Below are positions 41,260 through 54,958 of a DNA stretch of 64,000 bases, piece by piece. The DNA lies in the NCBI RefSeq assembly GCF_964194155.1, contig NC_135888.1:1798001-1862000 (forward strand), given 5' to 3'. The position numbers and the translations under genes were made by a program. Every line of letters starts with the position of its first letter. The first letter of the stretch is position 1. The notes beneath the pieces are model-generated. The model had not been told where the DNA came from and searched no databases. It saw nothing but the letters and a program-made list of their open reading frames with translations. This DNA is from Cetorhinus maximus (lineage: Eukaryota).

Positions 41260-43920
41260 GTTGAGAATGGTGCTAGAGAACTATGCAGTTAGCAGGGGCA
41301 GGCTCCATGATCTATGCCTCACCCTCAACTGCGATGGTACTCAGCAGGTGAGTGCAAGAGACAAGGCTCAAATGTTTGCAAATATCATTAGCCAAAAGTG
41401 TGACGTAGATGAGCCCACTCAGCACCCCCATCTCCACTTCCAATGTCTTCACCGTAATAGATGACAGTGACCACTCCACAAGTCATTTGACAGAGCAAAG
41501 GCCATGTGTCAGAATAGTATCCAGATTGGACCGGTGTACCAGAGCTGGCTAATCCCCTGGCAGAGCTGTTCCAGTACTGCTGTAACATTGGCATCCATCA
41601 GACAACATGGAAAACTGTCCAAATATGCAGTACCCACAAAAATCAGAACAAATCTAATCCCACCAATTAATGCCCTATCAGCCTACACACAAACATCAGT
41701 AAAGAGATAGCATGGTCACTGGTAGCATAATCAAGCAACACCCACTCACCAATAAACGCACACATTGGTGGAGAGAGAACTAGAATTAATGTTTCAGGCC
41801 TGTGACCTTTTATCAGAACTAGGAAAAGTTAGAAATGTACTAAGTTCTGGGCAAGTGAAATGGGGGAGGTTGGGAAGGAAAACAAAAGGAATAAACTGTG
41901 ATAGGGTGAAGGGCAGGAAAGATTAAATGAGAAAAGCTTTCACGGTGCGAGATCAAAGGGAATAGAATGCAAAGTGAAAGAAATGAGAGAGAAACAAGAG
42001 AAAAACCAGCAAAGAAACAAAGAACAAAATGGGGGCAGAGGTTATGATCTAAAATTGTTGACCTCAGTGATGAATCCAGAAGGCAGTAAAGTGCCCAGTC
42101 AAAAGCTGAGCTGCTGTTCCTTGAGCTTATGTTGAGCTTCATTGACACCATCCTTTCTTCAAATGTCACTCCTTGCTGTGGATTCATGATAACTTCTGAC
42201 CCTTCATCCCCTTACACTCCCATCCCAATGAATTTCAAGCTTGGCACAATGCTGAGCTCTCCATGCCCAATTCTTTGGCAGGATTCCTGCCCTTGGACAA
42301 TGGACCTTATTACCTGTCTCCATTGTTCACCTGGATCCGTCCATCTGGCCTCTTAACCTCTCTGGATATTTTCATTGAGAACTGTCAGCTTGGCACAGGC
42401 CATCTCAATCAGACTCCTGATTCCATCAAAGCCTTGGGTCAGGAACTTACCTGTGTCGGGCGGGCTGGGTTGGAGCAGGTGGGGCCGGGCATGGAGCCGA
42501 TCGCCGCCTGCGATTGGCTGTGCGCTGCCATTTAATGTGGGCGGGCCAATTAAGGCCCGCCCAGCGTGATGCACGGCTGGTGGCGCTCAGCACGACCTGT
42601 GGGGGTGGGGGGAGGAGGCCTGCGCTCTTTCGCACATGCACACGATAGAACACAGGATCTCCCTGAGATATGGAGCTGCTTGATTGTAAAAATTTTGGAT
42701 AAATGATCTGAAAAATTATTTAAACATGGTCCCTCATTGTGACAGTGTCACATGAGCTGGGACATGTTTGTACATCTCGCAAATGTTATTTAACTATTTT
42801 GTTAAACTTTCAGGAAACCTCACCCCGCCCGTGGATGAGGTTTCCTAAAAAATGCGGAGGCCGCTTGGGCTCTTTGCCTTCCCACCAACCTCAAGGTTGG
42901 ACGGGCAGAGCTGTTAATGAGCTTAATTAGTTTAAAAATGACCCTAGTAGGCCTTTGACAGTTCAGCGGGCACGCAGCTGCCCCCAGCACACGCCCGCCA
43001 AACAAAATATCTAAATGACGCACAATGATGTCAGGATGCACGCCCGACATCATCGCGCATCAGCATGTCGGGCCCACCCCCACCACACCATCAGCAATAT
43101 TCTGGCCTTGATATAGACACGGGTATAAGAACTGAATACCAGAGGAGAGGCAAGAAGCAGAATTTTACTAAGAATTGCGCCAAGGAGCCATTACAAAACT
43201 AAGGGAAATGAGAATCAGTGGAAAACCTAGCAATGCCTGTAAATATACACCAAGAAAGGTGATTGTAACTGTTGGAAGTCAGTCATCTCTGGCCCCAGGA
43301 CATCAGTGCAGGAAACATTCTTGGTCCAATGATCTTCAGCTGCTTCACCGATGATCTTTTGACAGTGGGAAGGTTATGTGTGTAGCTATGAACTGACAAT
43401 TCCAGAATGTTTCATTCAACTCTTCAAATAATGGTGCAGCCCCCATCAGCTTATAGCAGCATCTGGGTAATATCTAGGCTTAGGCTGATAAGTGCTGGTT
43501 AATGCTGGAACAAGAGAAAGACTAGTCATCTCTCCTTGATCATCAATGGCACAACCATTGATAAATCCCCCACTATCAGCATCGGAAGGCCCACCATTGA
43601 TTAGAAGCTGAACCAGACCAGCCACCTTAACACCAGAGTGCAGTGCCAAGAGCAGGCAAGAGCCTGGCTATGTTGTTACAAGTGGCTCACCTTTTAATCC
43701 CTCAAAGCCTACCTACAAGACTCATGTCAAGAACATTAAACTGGATGAGTGTCACCAAACTTAAAAAACTCAGCAACATCTAGGTCGGAGCAGTTTGCTT
43801 GATTAATGCCACTGAACTGAGTGTCCAAACCCTCCATCTCTGGCAAACTAGGGCTGTTAGCCGTATGATCCGTAAGATGGACTGCAGTAATTTACAAGAC
43901 TGCTTCAACAGCATCTCCAG
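41260..43920 (+). mobile_element. Old decayed LINE (same group as 34500-36630) split by Penelope and MITE-like pieces
   Basis: Degenerate matches to the 34500 element (ccagagctggctaatcccctggcagagctgttccagtac; atctaggcttaggctgataagtg). Confidence 0.6.
42437..43107. mobile_element. Non-autonomous DNA transposon / MITE-like family copy
   Basis: GC-rich with imperfect termini ggtcaggaa...attctggcc and an internal hairpin aaacctca...tgaggttt shared with 37300-37772 and 47724-48360. Confidence 0.65.
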
Positions 43921-45619
43921 CCCTTGTAATACCTACTGGCATTATTTTATGGAATACTGCTACCAATTATTTGATAATTTTTGTTATGAATGCTGAACTT
44001 TGCAAGACAGTTACGTTTTAAAATGGCTCTTCTAACTTAAGATCCTGGAGAGGGATATGGTGTGATCATCCTAATTCTGCTCAAAGTCAGGCCCAAGTGA
44101 TCTGTAATGAAAGCTTGTATAAAGTCAGGGGTCCCTTTTCACAACTTGACAGAAAAGAGGGGCAGCTGGTTTTCTAGATAGAGAGAGACACAGCCTCAGA
44201 CACAGAGGGAGACAGAAACAGCTTCCACTGTGGAAAGAAGAGGAAAAGCCTGTTATGTTGTGTTAGCCACCAAGCAGGATGCTGGTGAGGACTGATTCTC
44301 TGTTCAAAGAGATGGGACATATGGAGGTTTAGGGACCAAGGCGCAGTGGGAATGGTCTTTGCTGCTGTAAGTCGGTTTGGGAATACTCAAAAAACAGTGG
44401 AGTGACTTTCAAAGAAGACTGGAAGACTCATCACAGTGTGGCTAGGAGAAGGGAGCCTACTGAAAATGTGGGGAGAAGTTTGGAACTTAAACTTCAAGGC
44501 TACATGTCTTCTGGAGGCATGGCATAAAGTAAAAATGTGCTGTAAAGTATTTCGGTTGGGTTGGTTAGTTAGAGGGGAAGTACCTTTTCTGTAGTTTGAT
44601 GTATTAGCTGCTTATTGTTAAGTATTGTTTAGCCTGTGTTGATTATATATTTTTTGTTACAGAAAAAGTCTTAAAACATGAAATTTTGTCCTGCGATTCT
44701 TTCTGCCAGGTGCTAGGAAATTAATCTCTCTTTTTAAAAAGTTATTGGTCTCCACAGGGATTGCAACATATTGAAGAGTGAAAATTATAGATTCTACGTT
44801 CACAGTGGCCTACTTAGCAAATTACAGAAGCTGTAGATCATAGGAATATAGGAAGAGCAGTGGTCTATTCAGCCCTTGAGTCTTTTTCATCATTCAATAA
44901 TAATGTATCTGTATCTTAACCCCATCTACCTACCTTGGTTTTCTAATGCTACTAACTTTGCCTAATAAAACTAAATCATACAAGCTATAAGGCCATGTAG
45001 CTTTGGCCCTATGGCTAGGAAGAGTGATATGACCATAGATTAATTTATATGTCACAAATCTTGTACTGTGATGTAACGTTATGAATTCTTCCACCCCATG
45101 GTAACATATCACTATACTTGAAAATTACAATAGGCCGGTGAGATCTGTTAAGCTGATCCATATGTTGTTGAACTGCTAGGCAATTTTTTTTCCAGAATAG
45201 TCATTTTTACCAGTAAAACCATTACTTTAAAGAGTGAATTGGTAGCTTTGATGAAGTTGCAAGGTTAATTTGAGCATTTGACCTAATGTTAGGGTTCATC
45301 CTCATTTTTTTGTATAAAAACATAACATCTAGGTAATCTTTACAAATAGAGTGGGATAGAGAACAATAATCCTAGTAATACTTGATGGTTAAGTCAAGGC
45401 TCGTGAGATATTTAAGTGGCATAGCCACAAAACACTTACTGTCTGTTAAACAGAACAGACTTGAGAAGGTGTTCTGAAACATCTGTTTCAAGAAACTGAG
45501 GGAACAATGTATTTTGCAGTGTTGTTCAATAAAGTTACTAAATTGTTGTGAGCTTGATTTTCCATAACCATAAGTCCCTACCTTTTGAGCATCAACACCT
45601 AACAACTTAAATCTGATTA

Positions 45620-46365
45620 AGTTAATTGTTCTCTCTTTAGGTACTGTCCCTCTCTCCTTTAAATCTGCCATTATCGCCCCTCTCCTCAAAAAAGCAACCC
45701 TGGATCCCACAGTTCTTGCAAATCATCAACCCCCCCATCTCCAACCTCCTCTCCAAAATCCTTTGGCATGTTGTCATCTCCCAAATCCATGCCCATCTTT
45801 CTCAAAACTGGTTGTGTAAATCCCTCCAAAATGGTTTCCACTCATCCTAGCCAGCCTCCCACATTCTACCCTTAGTAAGCTTGAGGTTATACAAAGCTCT
45901 GCTCCTGTGTCTTTACTCCTAATAAGTCTCCTTCATCCATCACCCATGTGTGCTAACTTATATTAGTTCCTGGTCAAGCTATGCCTTGATTTTAAAATTC
46001 ACCACTTTGATTTCAAATCCCTCCATGGCCTCATCCCTCCCTATCTCTGTAATCTCCTCCATCCGCATAAACCTCTGATAGATGAATGCAGGTAATTCTG
46101 GCCTCTTGAAGATCTGTGATTTTAATCGTTCTACCATTGGTGGCCATGACTTCAGCTGCCTTGGCCCAAACTCTGGAATTCCCTCCTTAACCTGTCCACT
46201 TCTTTTTATTCCTTTAAAAGACTCCTTAAACCCTACTTTTTTGACCAAGCTTTTGGCCATTTGCCCTATTAGAACAATGTGACTGTGTGTCAAATTTTGC
46301 TTTATAATGCTCCTGTCAAGCACTTTGCAATGGTTTACTATGTTAAAAGTACTATATAAAGTTGT
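45620..46365 (+). mobile_element. L2-type LINE remnant
   Basis: FKSAIIAPLLKKATLDP RT-proximal motif and the L2-type 3' tail. Confidence 0.7.
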
Positions 46366-47723
46366 TGTGCTGAATTAGCTAGCCTTTGCCAGGGAGACTT
46401 TGGGTAATTAAAGTAGACCTCGAGGTAGGGGAATCTATAAATCAGCCAGGTTTCCTGCTGATTGCTATCCAGTGAGTCTTGTTAGAAAGTATGCATGCAT
46501 TTCAGTTAAAGGACAAGATTGACTCAAAGCTGCAATGTCCCTCTTGCTCCAATAGCCAGTCAACATTCATTCTTCAGTTGATATATGAAGAATGGGCATC
46601 TGAAGGATTTAAGCAGAGCACAACAAATCATATCTGATTCAGCAGATTGGAATGAATTTTCCTCCTATTTCCCCGGATGATTTTCTTCTGCTTCATCGTA
46701 AACTGATTTGCTTTTTACATTAGATTAAGTATTAGCAGCTTCTTTAGAGGATAATAAAAACTTACTTTAACAGGGCAACTTTAATGTAGGAAAATATTCC
46801 ATGGTGCGTCACAGGAGTGTAATACAAAAGCTGCCGGCAGCCAAAAGGAGAGTCGAAAGGATGGCTAAATGTTTAGTCAAAGAGGTCTAAGTTTGACGGA
46901 GAATCTTACAGGCGAAAGGTGGAAAGGTTTAAGGAATTCTAGAAGCGAAGTCTTAGACAGATAAATTCACAAATCCACAGTTAGAGTTGGAGTATAGTCA
47001 AATAGGGAGAGGTGAGGATGAGTTGTAAAATTGAGGCATTGGTGAACAGGCAGCCAATGCAGGTCAGCAAACATAAGGGTGATGGAGGAGCTCAAACCTG
47101 GAGGGGTAACTATATCTGTAATACAAACTTATGTCCTGGATCCGCTTTGGAACATTGACCTGTGTCTGAAACTTTAGTCACATCACAACCGATCATCATA
47201 TTTTCTTTCACCATTGCTGCTCAATTTTCCTCTAGTTACTATTTACATTCAAATGCCCAGTAACTGCTTGTGAATTGTGTGTGCCATCCTCCAAATTCTA
47301 TGCCTGCAATCTCTTTCTAGAGCGGGAAGAGGGGGATCTGCAAGAATTGGTGCCAAGGGACTTTGCACTGCCCATATGGCCAGAACATAAATTCAGAATC
47401 CTTCATTTCATTTTTAAAAAGAGCAATAGTTGTTATCAGAATAACTAATTTGCATTTATGCAGCACCTTTCATATTTATTGAATTCCACAAAGTCCTCTC
47501 CAACTAATGGATTACTTTTGAATGGTTGCTGTTAATGCAAAGGGATCTTTTTAGGTCAATTTAAGGCAGGACCTTGGTTTACTGCCTCCTCCGAAAACAA
47601 ATGGCAGAGACTGGATTTAGGCAATACTGTATGAAGAGGGATATTTCAGCCCTATGCTACGGAGTGTTTCATGACTGAAAGCTTTTCTACTTGAATCAAT
47701 TTTCTTCTCCCTTTCATACCCAA

Positions 47724-48360
47724 TGGCTAGGATCTTTAGGTCGGTGAGCGGGGGATGGGGCCCGCTCACCAACAAGTAAAATGACGCGGGATGATGTTGG
47801 GCGGAACTCATGATGTCACCCCGCGTCATTTCAATTTTCAGGTCGGTGGCAGCCGAAATCAGCTGTGCGCCCGCCGACCTGTCAACGGCCTATTGAGGTC
47901 ATTTAAAAAGTAATTGAAATAATTAATGGACCTGCCCGTCCAACCTTAAGGTTGGTGGGCAGGCCGGGAGCCCTGGCGGGCTTCAGATAAAGCATCAAAC
48001 CTCATCCACTGGCGGGATGAGGTTTCATGAGGGTTTTCAAAAATTTAATAAATGTTTGATTAAAAGTGATGGATATGTCCCAACTCATGTGAGTGTCACG
48101 AGGGGACATGTCAGGGAAATTTTGTCTGTGCACCTTGACCATTTTTAAATTTGGCGCCAATCTCCCTGAGGCAGCACTTAGCCTCAGGGAGAGGAGTGCG
48201 CACTCTCAGCTGAGGGAACCCTCCCCGCCCGCACAGGGAGCACATAGCGCTTCCTGGCAGACGTCATGCTGGGCGGGCCTGCCTATGTAAAATGGTGGCG
48301 CAGCCCCAATCGGGGGCTAAAATCTTGCACCCCCCCCACCCTGACTGGGGGATAATTCTT
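47724..48360. mobile_element. MITE-like family copy (inverted relative to 42437-43107)
   Basis: Shares aaacctcatccactggcgggatgaggtttcatg and ccaaccttaaggttgg palindromes. Confidence 0.65.
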
Positions 48361-51039
48361 CTCAATGTTTACTTAAAGGTACCCTGCATTCAGTTTGTCG
48401 AGTGCCCTTTAAGACTGTGCTATATTAAGCATCTTTAATTATTTTTCTCCGTCCAGTGCGTTGGGCCCAACTGTGCTTAGTCCGTCAAGCACCCCCACCC
48501 CTAACATGCGCCTCCATCCTGAGTTCTCCGTGCAGATTCTTAGATACTTGCATGTATCTAGCCACCCGGTTTGCCTGTCCTAACTCTGGGTGCTAAAAAC
48601 TAATGTACTCACTCGACTTGCAGGACTGTCTGGAGATTGATACGAGCATCCTGCCAACTATGCCAATTGTTGTCGGATATATCAATCACCCATGGAGTCC
48701 AGAGGGAGTAGAGTTAAGCTGGTTTATTTGAGCATGCATGCAAGAGATAGTCCTTCTTTCCAATCAATGGTTACAGTAGCCATATTTAAACTTCCACTTA
48801 GAGGAAGCTGTGCATCACAAGACAGAGTTTCTGTGAACATGTTATTCCAGCTAACCCAATTAACAATTGTAAAATTCAATCAACAAAACAGAGTTTCAGT
48901 GGCCATATTGTTTCAGCTAACCCAATTAATCTTGACCCAATTAATGGCCACATGGGGATTCCCAATTTATTACTTATACTGCTAGTGTATAGAGCAAATT
49001 ATATTGAATTGTGGCAATTTTATTCATTTCTGTGTTAATGGGAGGTAGAGACTCACCAAGAACAGCCCAATGATCCAAAGAGCTTCATGAATACTGAACA
49101 CATTTTGAACTGACCCTCATACTAGAGAAACGTTAACTCACTGGCAGACAGATTCTTATTTGGAGTATCAAAAAGCGGTAGCTTTGCTATTTGAATAGCA
49201 ATGTTAAACATCTTCAACAAGGGTTGTAAGTGACTAAGCTAAAATTATACATTAATTGGCTGTGATACATAGGACGAATACGTCAAAAATGATTTATCTC
49301 TAGAGTGCTCAAAGGGTTGTAGTGTTCAGATCACTTTTTTTGCAAACAGAGTTTAGCAATGGTCAGCCTGCTAACACTCACCATCAAGGACCACACCTCA
49401 ATCTGCAGCTAGGCAAGGTGCCCAAGAACCAATGGAATTGCACCCCATGAAGTTAAATGCTTTCAAATGCAAAGAAAAGGAAAAAGAAAAATTAGCTATA
49501 GGGGAAAAATATTAAACCATTAACTACTTTTCATTTCAGTGTACAAGACTCATTTAATAAAACAAGGCCAGTGCAGCTGACCAGAGAAAACTTGGGAGAA
49601 ACACTGAAAAATGACCTTAAGGAGTGTTCAAATTATAGTAAATGAACAAATAATCTGATTATGTCACTTTTTTATTAGATTAGGAGACAATGGAAAAAGT
49701 ACATTTCTTTTCCTTTGTAATTGGAACTATTAAAAATACAGTGTGTTCACAGGAAGCAATATTACAAAAATTGCAATGTTAGACATTACACAATAGCTAC
49801 CCATCATTTGGGACATTTTAAACTCATCAATATACATTTACACTTCCAGAAGACAAATGCTGAGCACACAAATAATAACTGTTTAAAACTGCCTATAAAA
49901 TCTGGTGGTTACCATGCTAATGAGGCACCTTAACACGCAAGTGCTGCACTTATTGTAAATTTGGTGCTTATTTAAACTTCATGCAAATAATGTAACTTAA
50001 CATTAACAATCATGCTTCACAGTATAACTAACAGAAATAAATCAATTTTTGTATGTAGATATAATTAAAAAAACAGAAATTTCTTCAAGTTTAGAAAAAA
50101 TGTAAACTATTTGCTTTTATACGCAGCAGTCCACAAAGTAAATTCATTACAAATTACATGAAAGCTTTGGGAAAGTTACATAAATAAAAGGGACCAAGGA
50201 GGTAGAAATAAAAGTAAAAGTGATTCATGGTATCCCCTCAACTGCTCAAAGTTAGTCTTAGCGGTGGAGGTCGCTAACAGCTAGGATAGATCCAGATCTC
50301 TATCTAAGAATTTGTCAGAAAAAGTGCTTAATCTGTAGCATTCTGGTATAATTACAAAGGACTAAGACCCTCAAGAAATAGCAAGAAAGCAGATTATTTT
50401 CTTGTTAGAAAGTTTATCAGAAAAGTCAAATTTGGAAAAATATTTAGAATATGAAAGAAATTATATGCTACTGTATATCACCTTCAGTCGATATACTTAG
50501 GTGTCCAGAAACTAAGCATGCCGTCAGATTTCCATTATTTGCAATCATCTGTACGAATGTAATTGTATGTTTAGCATAGCTTCAACAAATGCATAGCTTG
50601 ACTTAAAGAGTTTTGTTGCAAAGAACATTTCCAATAACATCTTAGAACCACTCCAAAGCAAATATTTTCTACAGTAAACACATTGGAATGATTCAAGTTT
50701 TTCTCATATCAATAACAGCCCTGATGTTGGCAGGGTGGGGCGGGGGTAACTGTCTGCAGGAAGAAAAATTGAATTATAATATGTAAAAGTACAGGACCAT
50801 GATCAGAGGCTAAAGATAACCTGGGCAAAAAAAACCTTATGCTGGCCTGATTAACATACATCACTAAGAATGAGCTTGTGTAAAGATTAAAAACAGGCAC
50901 CACCTCAAATCAGTAGTCCATGTAACAATTTAGATACTGGTGGCTGTTCACTTTCTAGAAGAGTAATTTACTTTGAATTTGCTCTAGAAATAAACTAAGC
51001 CTCAATGATGACTGTCCTGAACTATTAAATTATAAATCG

Positions 51040-51588
51040 TTAGTCAACGTCCAGATCACTATCATCACTACGAGACACCGAAGCACTCTGTATGGATGTG
51101 GGTGACACCACATCTTTCTCTGGCAGTACACCGTACTCACGCAAAAATGCCTCCAAATCCACTGCAAAAAAGTCATATCCAAGTTGGTCAGTGATGCGTA
51201 CAAAGTTGCCAATCAAATCTCCACATTTGTAGACTAGCAGAGCAGGTAAGGCATTACCAGTGAATCTTGCACTGGCTCCAATTACAGAGCTGCGGACTTT
51301 GCAGAATTTCACAACTGGATATTCTGTGGCCAGACAGATCAGACACCCATTCATGGCTTCACATCCAGGCTGGTCATCTTCATAGATGTGCACCATTATG
51401 AGAGTATTCTTTTCCTCTTTGTCGATTGTGTCTAGGAAGGCTTGTGAGCTGTCCAGTTCATAGATCTCTTCAAAACGCTTTCCACTGTACAGATGTTCCC
51501 TCATTTCCTCCATTCGCTGCTTCCTGTACTGCTCCAAAAACTCTTCATCATCCTTTTCATGTAACATGTTGCATTCTTTCATCGTCAT
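51040..51588 (-). CDS. pdcl: pdcl last coding exon (thioredoxin-like domain; total 297 aa)
   Basis: EEFLEQYRKQRMEEMR...EYPVVKFCKV...ALPALLVYKCGDLIGNFVRITDQLG...SDDSDLDVD-TAA. Candidate polyA signal at ~49676-49671. Confidence 0.97.
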   Translation of the reverse strand: MTMKECNMLHEKDDEEFLEQYRKQRMEEMREHLYSGKRFEEIYELDSSQAFLDTIDKEEKNTLIMVHIYEDDQPGCEAMNGCLICLATEYPVVKFCKVRSSVIGASARFTGNALPALLVYKCGDLIGNFVRITDQLGYDFFAVDLEAFLREYGVLPEKDVVSPTSIQSASVSRSDDSDLDVD

Positions 51589-52035
51589 CTACAACATAAA
51601 AATCAACAAAAAAAGGTTAGATTTGAACGTGTACACTGCTAAACAAATTCAGGCGATTGCAATACATATTTCTCACTAATTTTAGTTACTTTATATGGTT
51701 CCAACAACATTAGCATTAATGTTCAGAACTAGAACCTACAATTCGCACACGAGGAACTTAAAAATTAAAAAATATTTTATGAACTGAAAAGTTTCTCTTG
51801 CCACTGGATGCACTTTACTTCAGTCAAGTTAATCTAACATTAAAAATGGAATTATGTAGTAAAACCTATTTTAATCAGATTTTTTACACACGGTGATCTT
51901 CCACAATTAGCATTTCGTTTTGACAAAATTTCTGCACATTTATGCTTCGGGGCTTCCATCCAATTCTAATTGTTGTATTTGATATTTCTGCAGCCCTGTG
52001 TTTCCTCACTGACAAGTTACACCTCAAACATTAAC

Positions 52036-52217
52036 CTTTCCATTGATTTTGTCCTGGAGCACTTGCTGCTTCTGCTGGTCTTTCTCTTCATCCAAATGAG
52101 ACCTACAACTCATTGAGAGTTTCTTGATGAGTCGCCGCACCTCCCGGCGCTGTTCTGCACGCTGCTCTGTTTCGAGCTGCTTGAACCGACGCCAGTCGTT
52201 TATCACTCCTTTAGGGC
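52036..52217 (-). CDS. pdcl: pdcl coding exon 2
   Basis: GPKGVINDWRRFKQLETEQRAEQRREVRRLIKKLSMSCRSHLDEEK..., completing the phosducin TGPKGVINDWR motif; AG/GT boundaries. Confidence 0.96.
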
Positions 52218-54795
52218 CTGCACAAGGGGGAACCAATACAATGGTGATTAACAAAATAAAAGCAACTGCTGGACAGTAAGTCTGAGACAAATGTTACAGA
52301 ACGTAATCTTCATAATTAATGAAATGTATAATATGCATTCTGTGTGTTCAATGCTTCTCTATTATTACAGGAGGTTAATGAATCCTTTTCACAAGTAGCT
52401 TTGAAAATTCATTTTAGCTTAATATCTAATTGAAGTCCATTACAAATTATAATACAAGCATGTTTTAATAAACTCTTGAGTTGTCCATTTCATTAATTTG
52501 TAAATTTATTCTCTCTTATCAAAATAAACTCAGCTTGGTGCACTTCAATGAGAAACAATGAACTACAGTGGTATCCAATAATGACATGTTTTTGTTGATA
52601 ACTATTTATTATTTGACTATAGAATCAAGAACACTCAAAATTAATGAAATCTGTATTTTAAAACATGCTACATTTAATCAAATACAAAACAAACATACAA
52701 TGTTTTTGATTAATAATGCAAAATTTGTTTTGACTGTAGACATAAGAAGTTCATGTTGGTATACTGTATTTAATTGATCAAATTCTATATCAACAATAAA
52801 TGATGCGATAGGAAGGATTTCAGAGTGTCAAAGCTATGAGCAGGTACCTTTGGCGTTTGCAGTACTATGAAACCATCAAAGTTATTTACAATAAAACTAT
52901 GGATGACTTGCACTGCAGAGTTTGTCAACTTAAAGAATCATGTTTGATGAACATCGGATCTGCAGTATTACTACAGTGCTTTCAACTCAATTTCATTTTA
53001 AAAGTGATGTTAAGTCTCACTGGATGCAGCTCAACTCTACCTTAGGAGTTAATTCTATTTATCAGAGGAGAGACCAACTTAAGGAGGTATTCTCCTAATT
53101 AGCCCTGCACTTTCTGCAGTGCTAACTGCAACCAGCCAAAGTAAATCTTTTAATCTTTAAAGCTACAGAAGTTGAGATAGAGATCATTGCAATTTTTGAA
53201 GGAATAGATAAATCTTTGAAGCAAAGGAAGATACAGAACTTACAGACAGAGCACAAGAGGAGCCAGGTCTGAATCCACACAAACAGGTTCCTGCGCCACC
53301 AACCCCCTCATCTTCAGTTACTAACCAAAGTCAGGAATGATATTTTTTGTAACACCAAGTATGATATGTTATCCTTCCTCGAGCTTCTAGTAGTTTTTGG
53401 CACTCCACCACAGTGTCCTCGTCGCCTCTCCTCTGTTGTTCACCTCAGTGGGGCCTTTGTTTGGTTCCAGTTTTAACTATTGAATCATAGCCAGAGCTTT
53501 TACCAATTTCTTCTCTTCCCATCCCTGCACTGTCACCTCCAGAATCCCCGAGAGATCAACCCTTAACACACATCCCCTCCGAATCTGCATTCTACCCTTC
53601 GTGACAACATTTGCAGGTATGGTTCCAGCTTCTGTTTGTAAACTGATATAAACATCTACTTCCCCTTAAACTCTCCAACAACTCTCTGCTGCCAAGATTA
53701 CTTGATCAACACTTAGTCTTGGTTGAGCTGCAAGTTCTTTTAATTAAATAATTAGCAAGACCAAAGCCATCATTCAGCAAAAAAAATGTGCGCGCTGGCC
53801 ATAGGCTATCTTGCTCTCCCTAGCACTATCACACACTGACCCTGAGCCCTTTCCTGGCCTATTTTCATGCAACATCGCCTACCTTCCACCTGGGTACAGT
53901 CAATCTGTTGCTGAAACCCTGATAATTAGCTTTGTAATCTTGACGTCCAATTACCCTTCTGGTTGGCCTCCCATTCTTCACTATCACTAAACTTCAAGCC
54001 ATCCAACACTGCATTTTATCCCATACCAGGTCTCATTCACCTGACACTTCTATCTATGCTAACCCATGTGCGCTCACAGTCGCAATGCCTCAAATTTAAA
54101 TTTTGCCATGGTGCTAACCTTTCTCTCTCTCCCTAACCTCAGCCAGCACTGCAACCACACCCCCTTCCCCCAACCTGAAATTGTCTTTTTCTTTGCATCA
54201 ATCTCTTCTGCATTCCCTCCTTCTTTTTACACCACCAGTAGTTGGACTTTCAACCACTCAATTGCAATATCTGAAATTCCTCTCTAACCCTTTTGCTCCT
54301 ACGTCTTTGACCAAGTTTTAAAGTCACACTTCCTTCTTTGCCTTGAGGCATTATACATTAAATAAACTATATTGATATTGAGATACTCAGGAACACTATA
54401 AGGAGAAAATTACAAGCTAAATTCAATTGCAAAGCACTAGCAGAGACAAATGGAATAAATTCAAATTTGCTTTCTTAGGATGGAGGATAGATGGTGAAAG
54501 ATTTCCTGTTTGCTATATGCAGCAAAAGCGTACATACATTCTGTATATTCATGTTTACCACTTTGCTACAATTAGTGAATGGAGGAAATCTTAGCCTAGA
54601 AATTTTTAACAATCTGTTTTAAATAATTACTGAAGGAGTGACAATCATGATTAAACACTCTATTGAATATAACCTGGTATCACCAATTTTTGGTTTTAAT
54701 CTTGCTGTAGGAGAAATAAAATGCTTGAAATGAGTCCTTCAACCTTAAGGTTAGCAAACATTTCCTGCTTTCCACTGAAATTTCTCATCAAGTAC

Positions 54796-54958
54796 CTGTG
54801 TTGACAGCACTCCGCTCTCGGACTTCTGCACCCACAGAAATTCCAGAATTTTTGATGCTCTTATGTTCATTCTCATCGCGGTCACTGTCTTCATCCTCAC
54901 TGCTGCTGTAATAGTACTGGAGCTTTTCTCCAAGGATCTTATCGTCCAAAGTAGTCAT
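54796..54958 (-). CDS. pdcl: Phosducin-like protein (PhLP1), coding exon 1
   Basis: MTTLDDKILGEKLQYYYSSSEDEDSD...AVNT-G, the characteristic PhLP1 N-terminus; acceptor at 54997; G|gtactt donor. Confidence 0.95.
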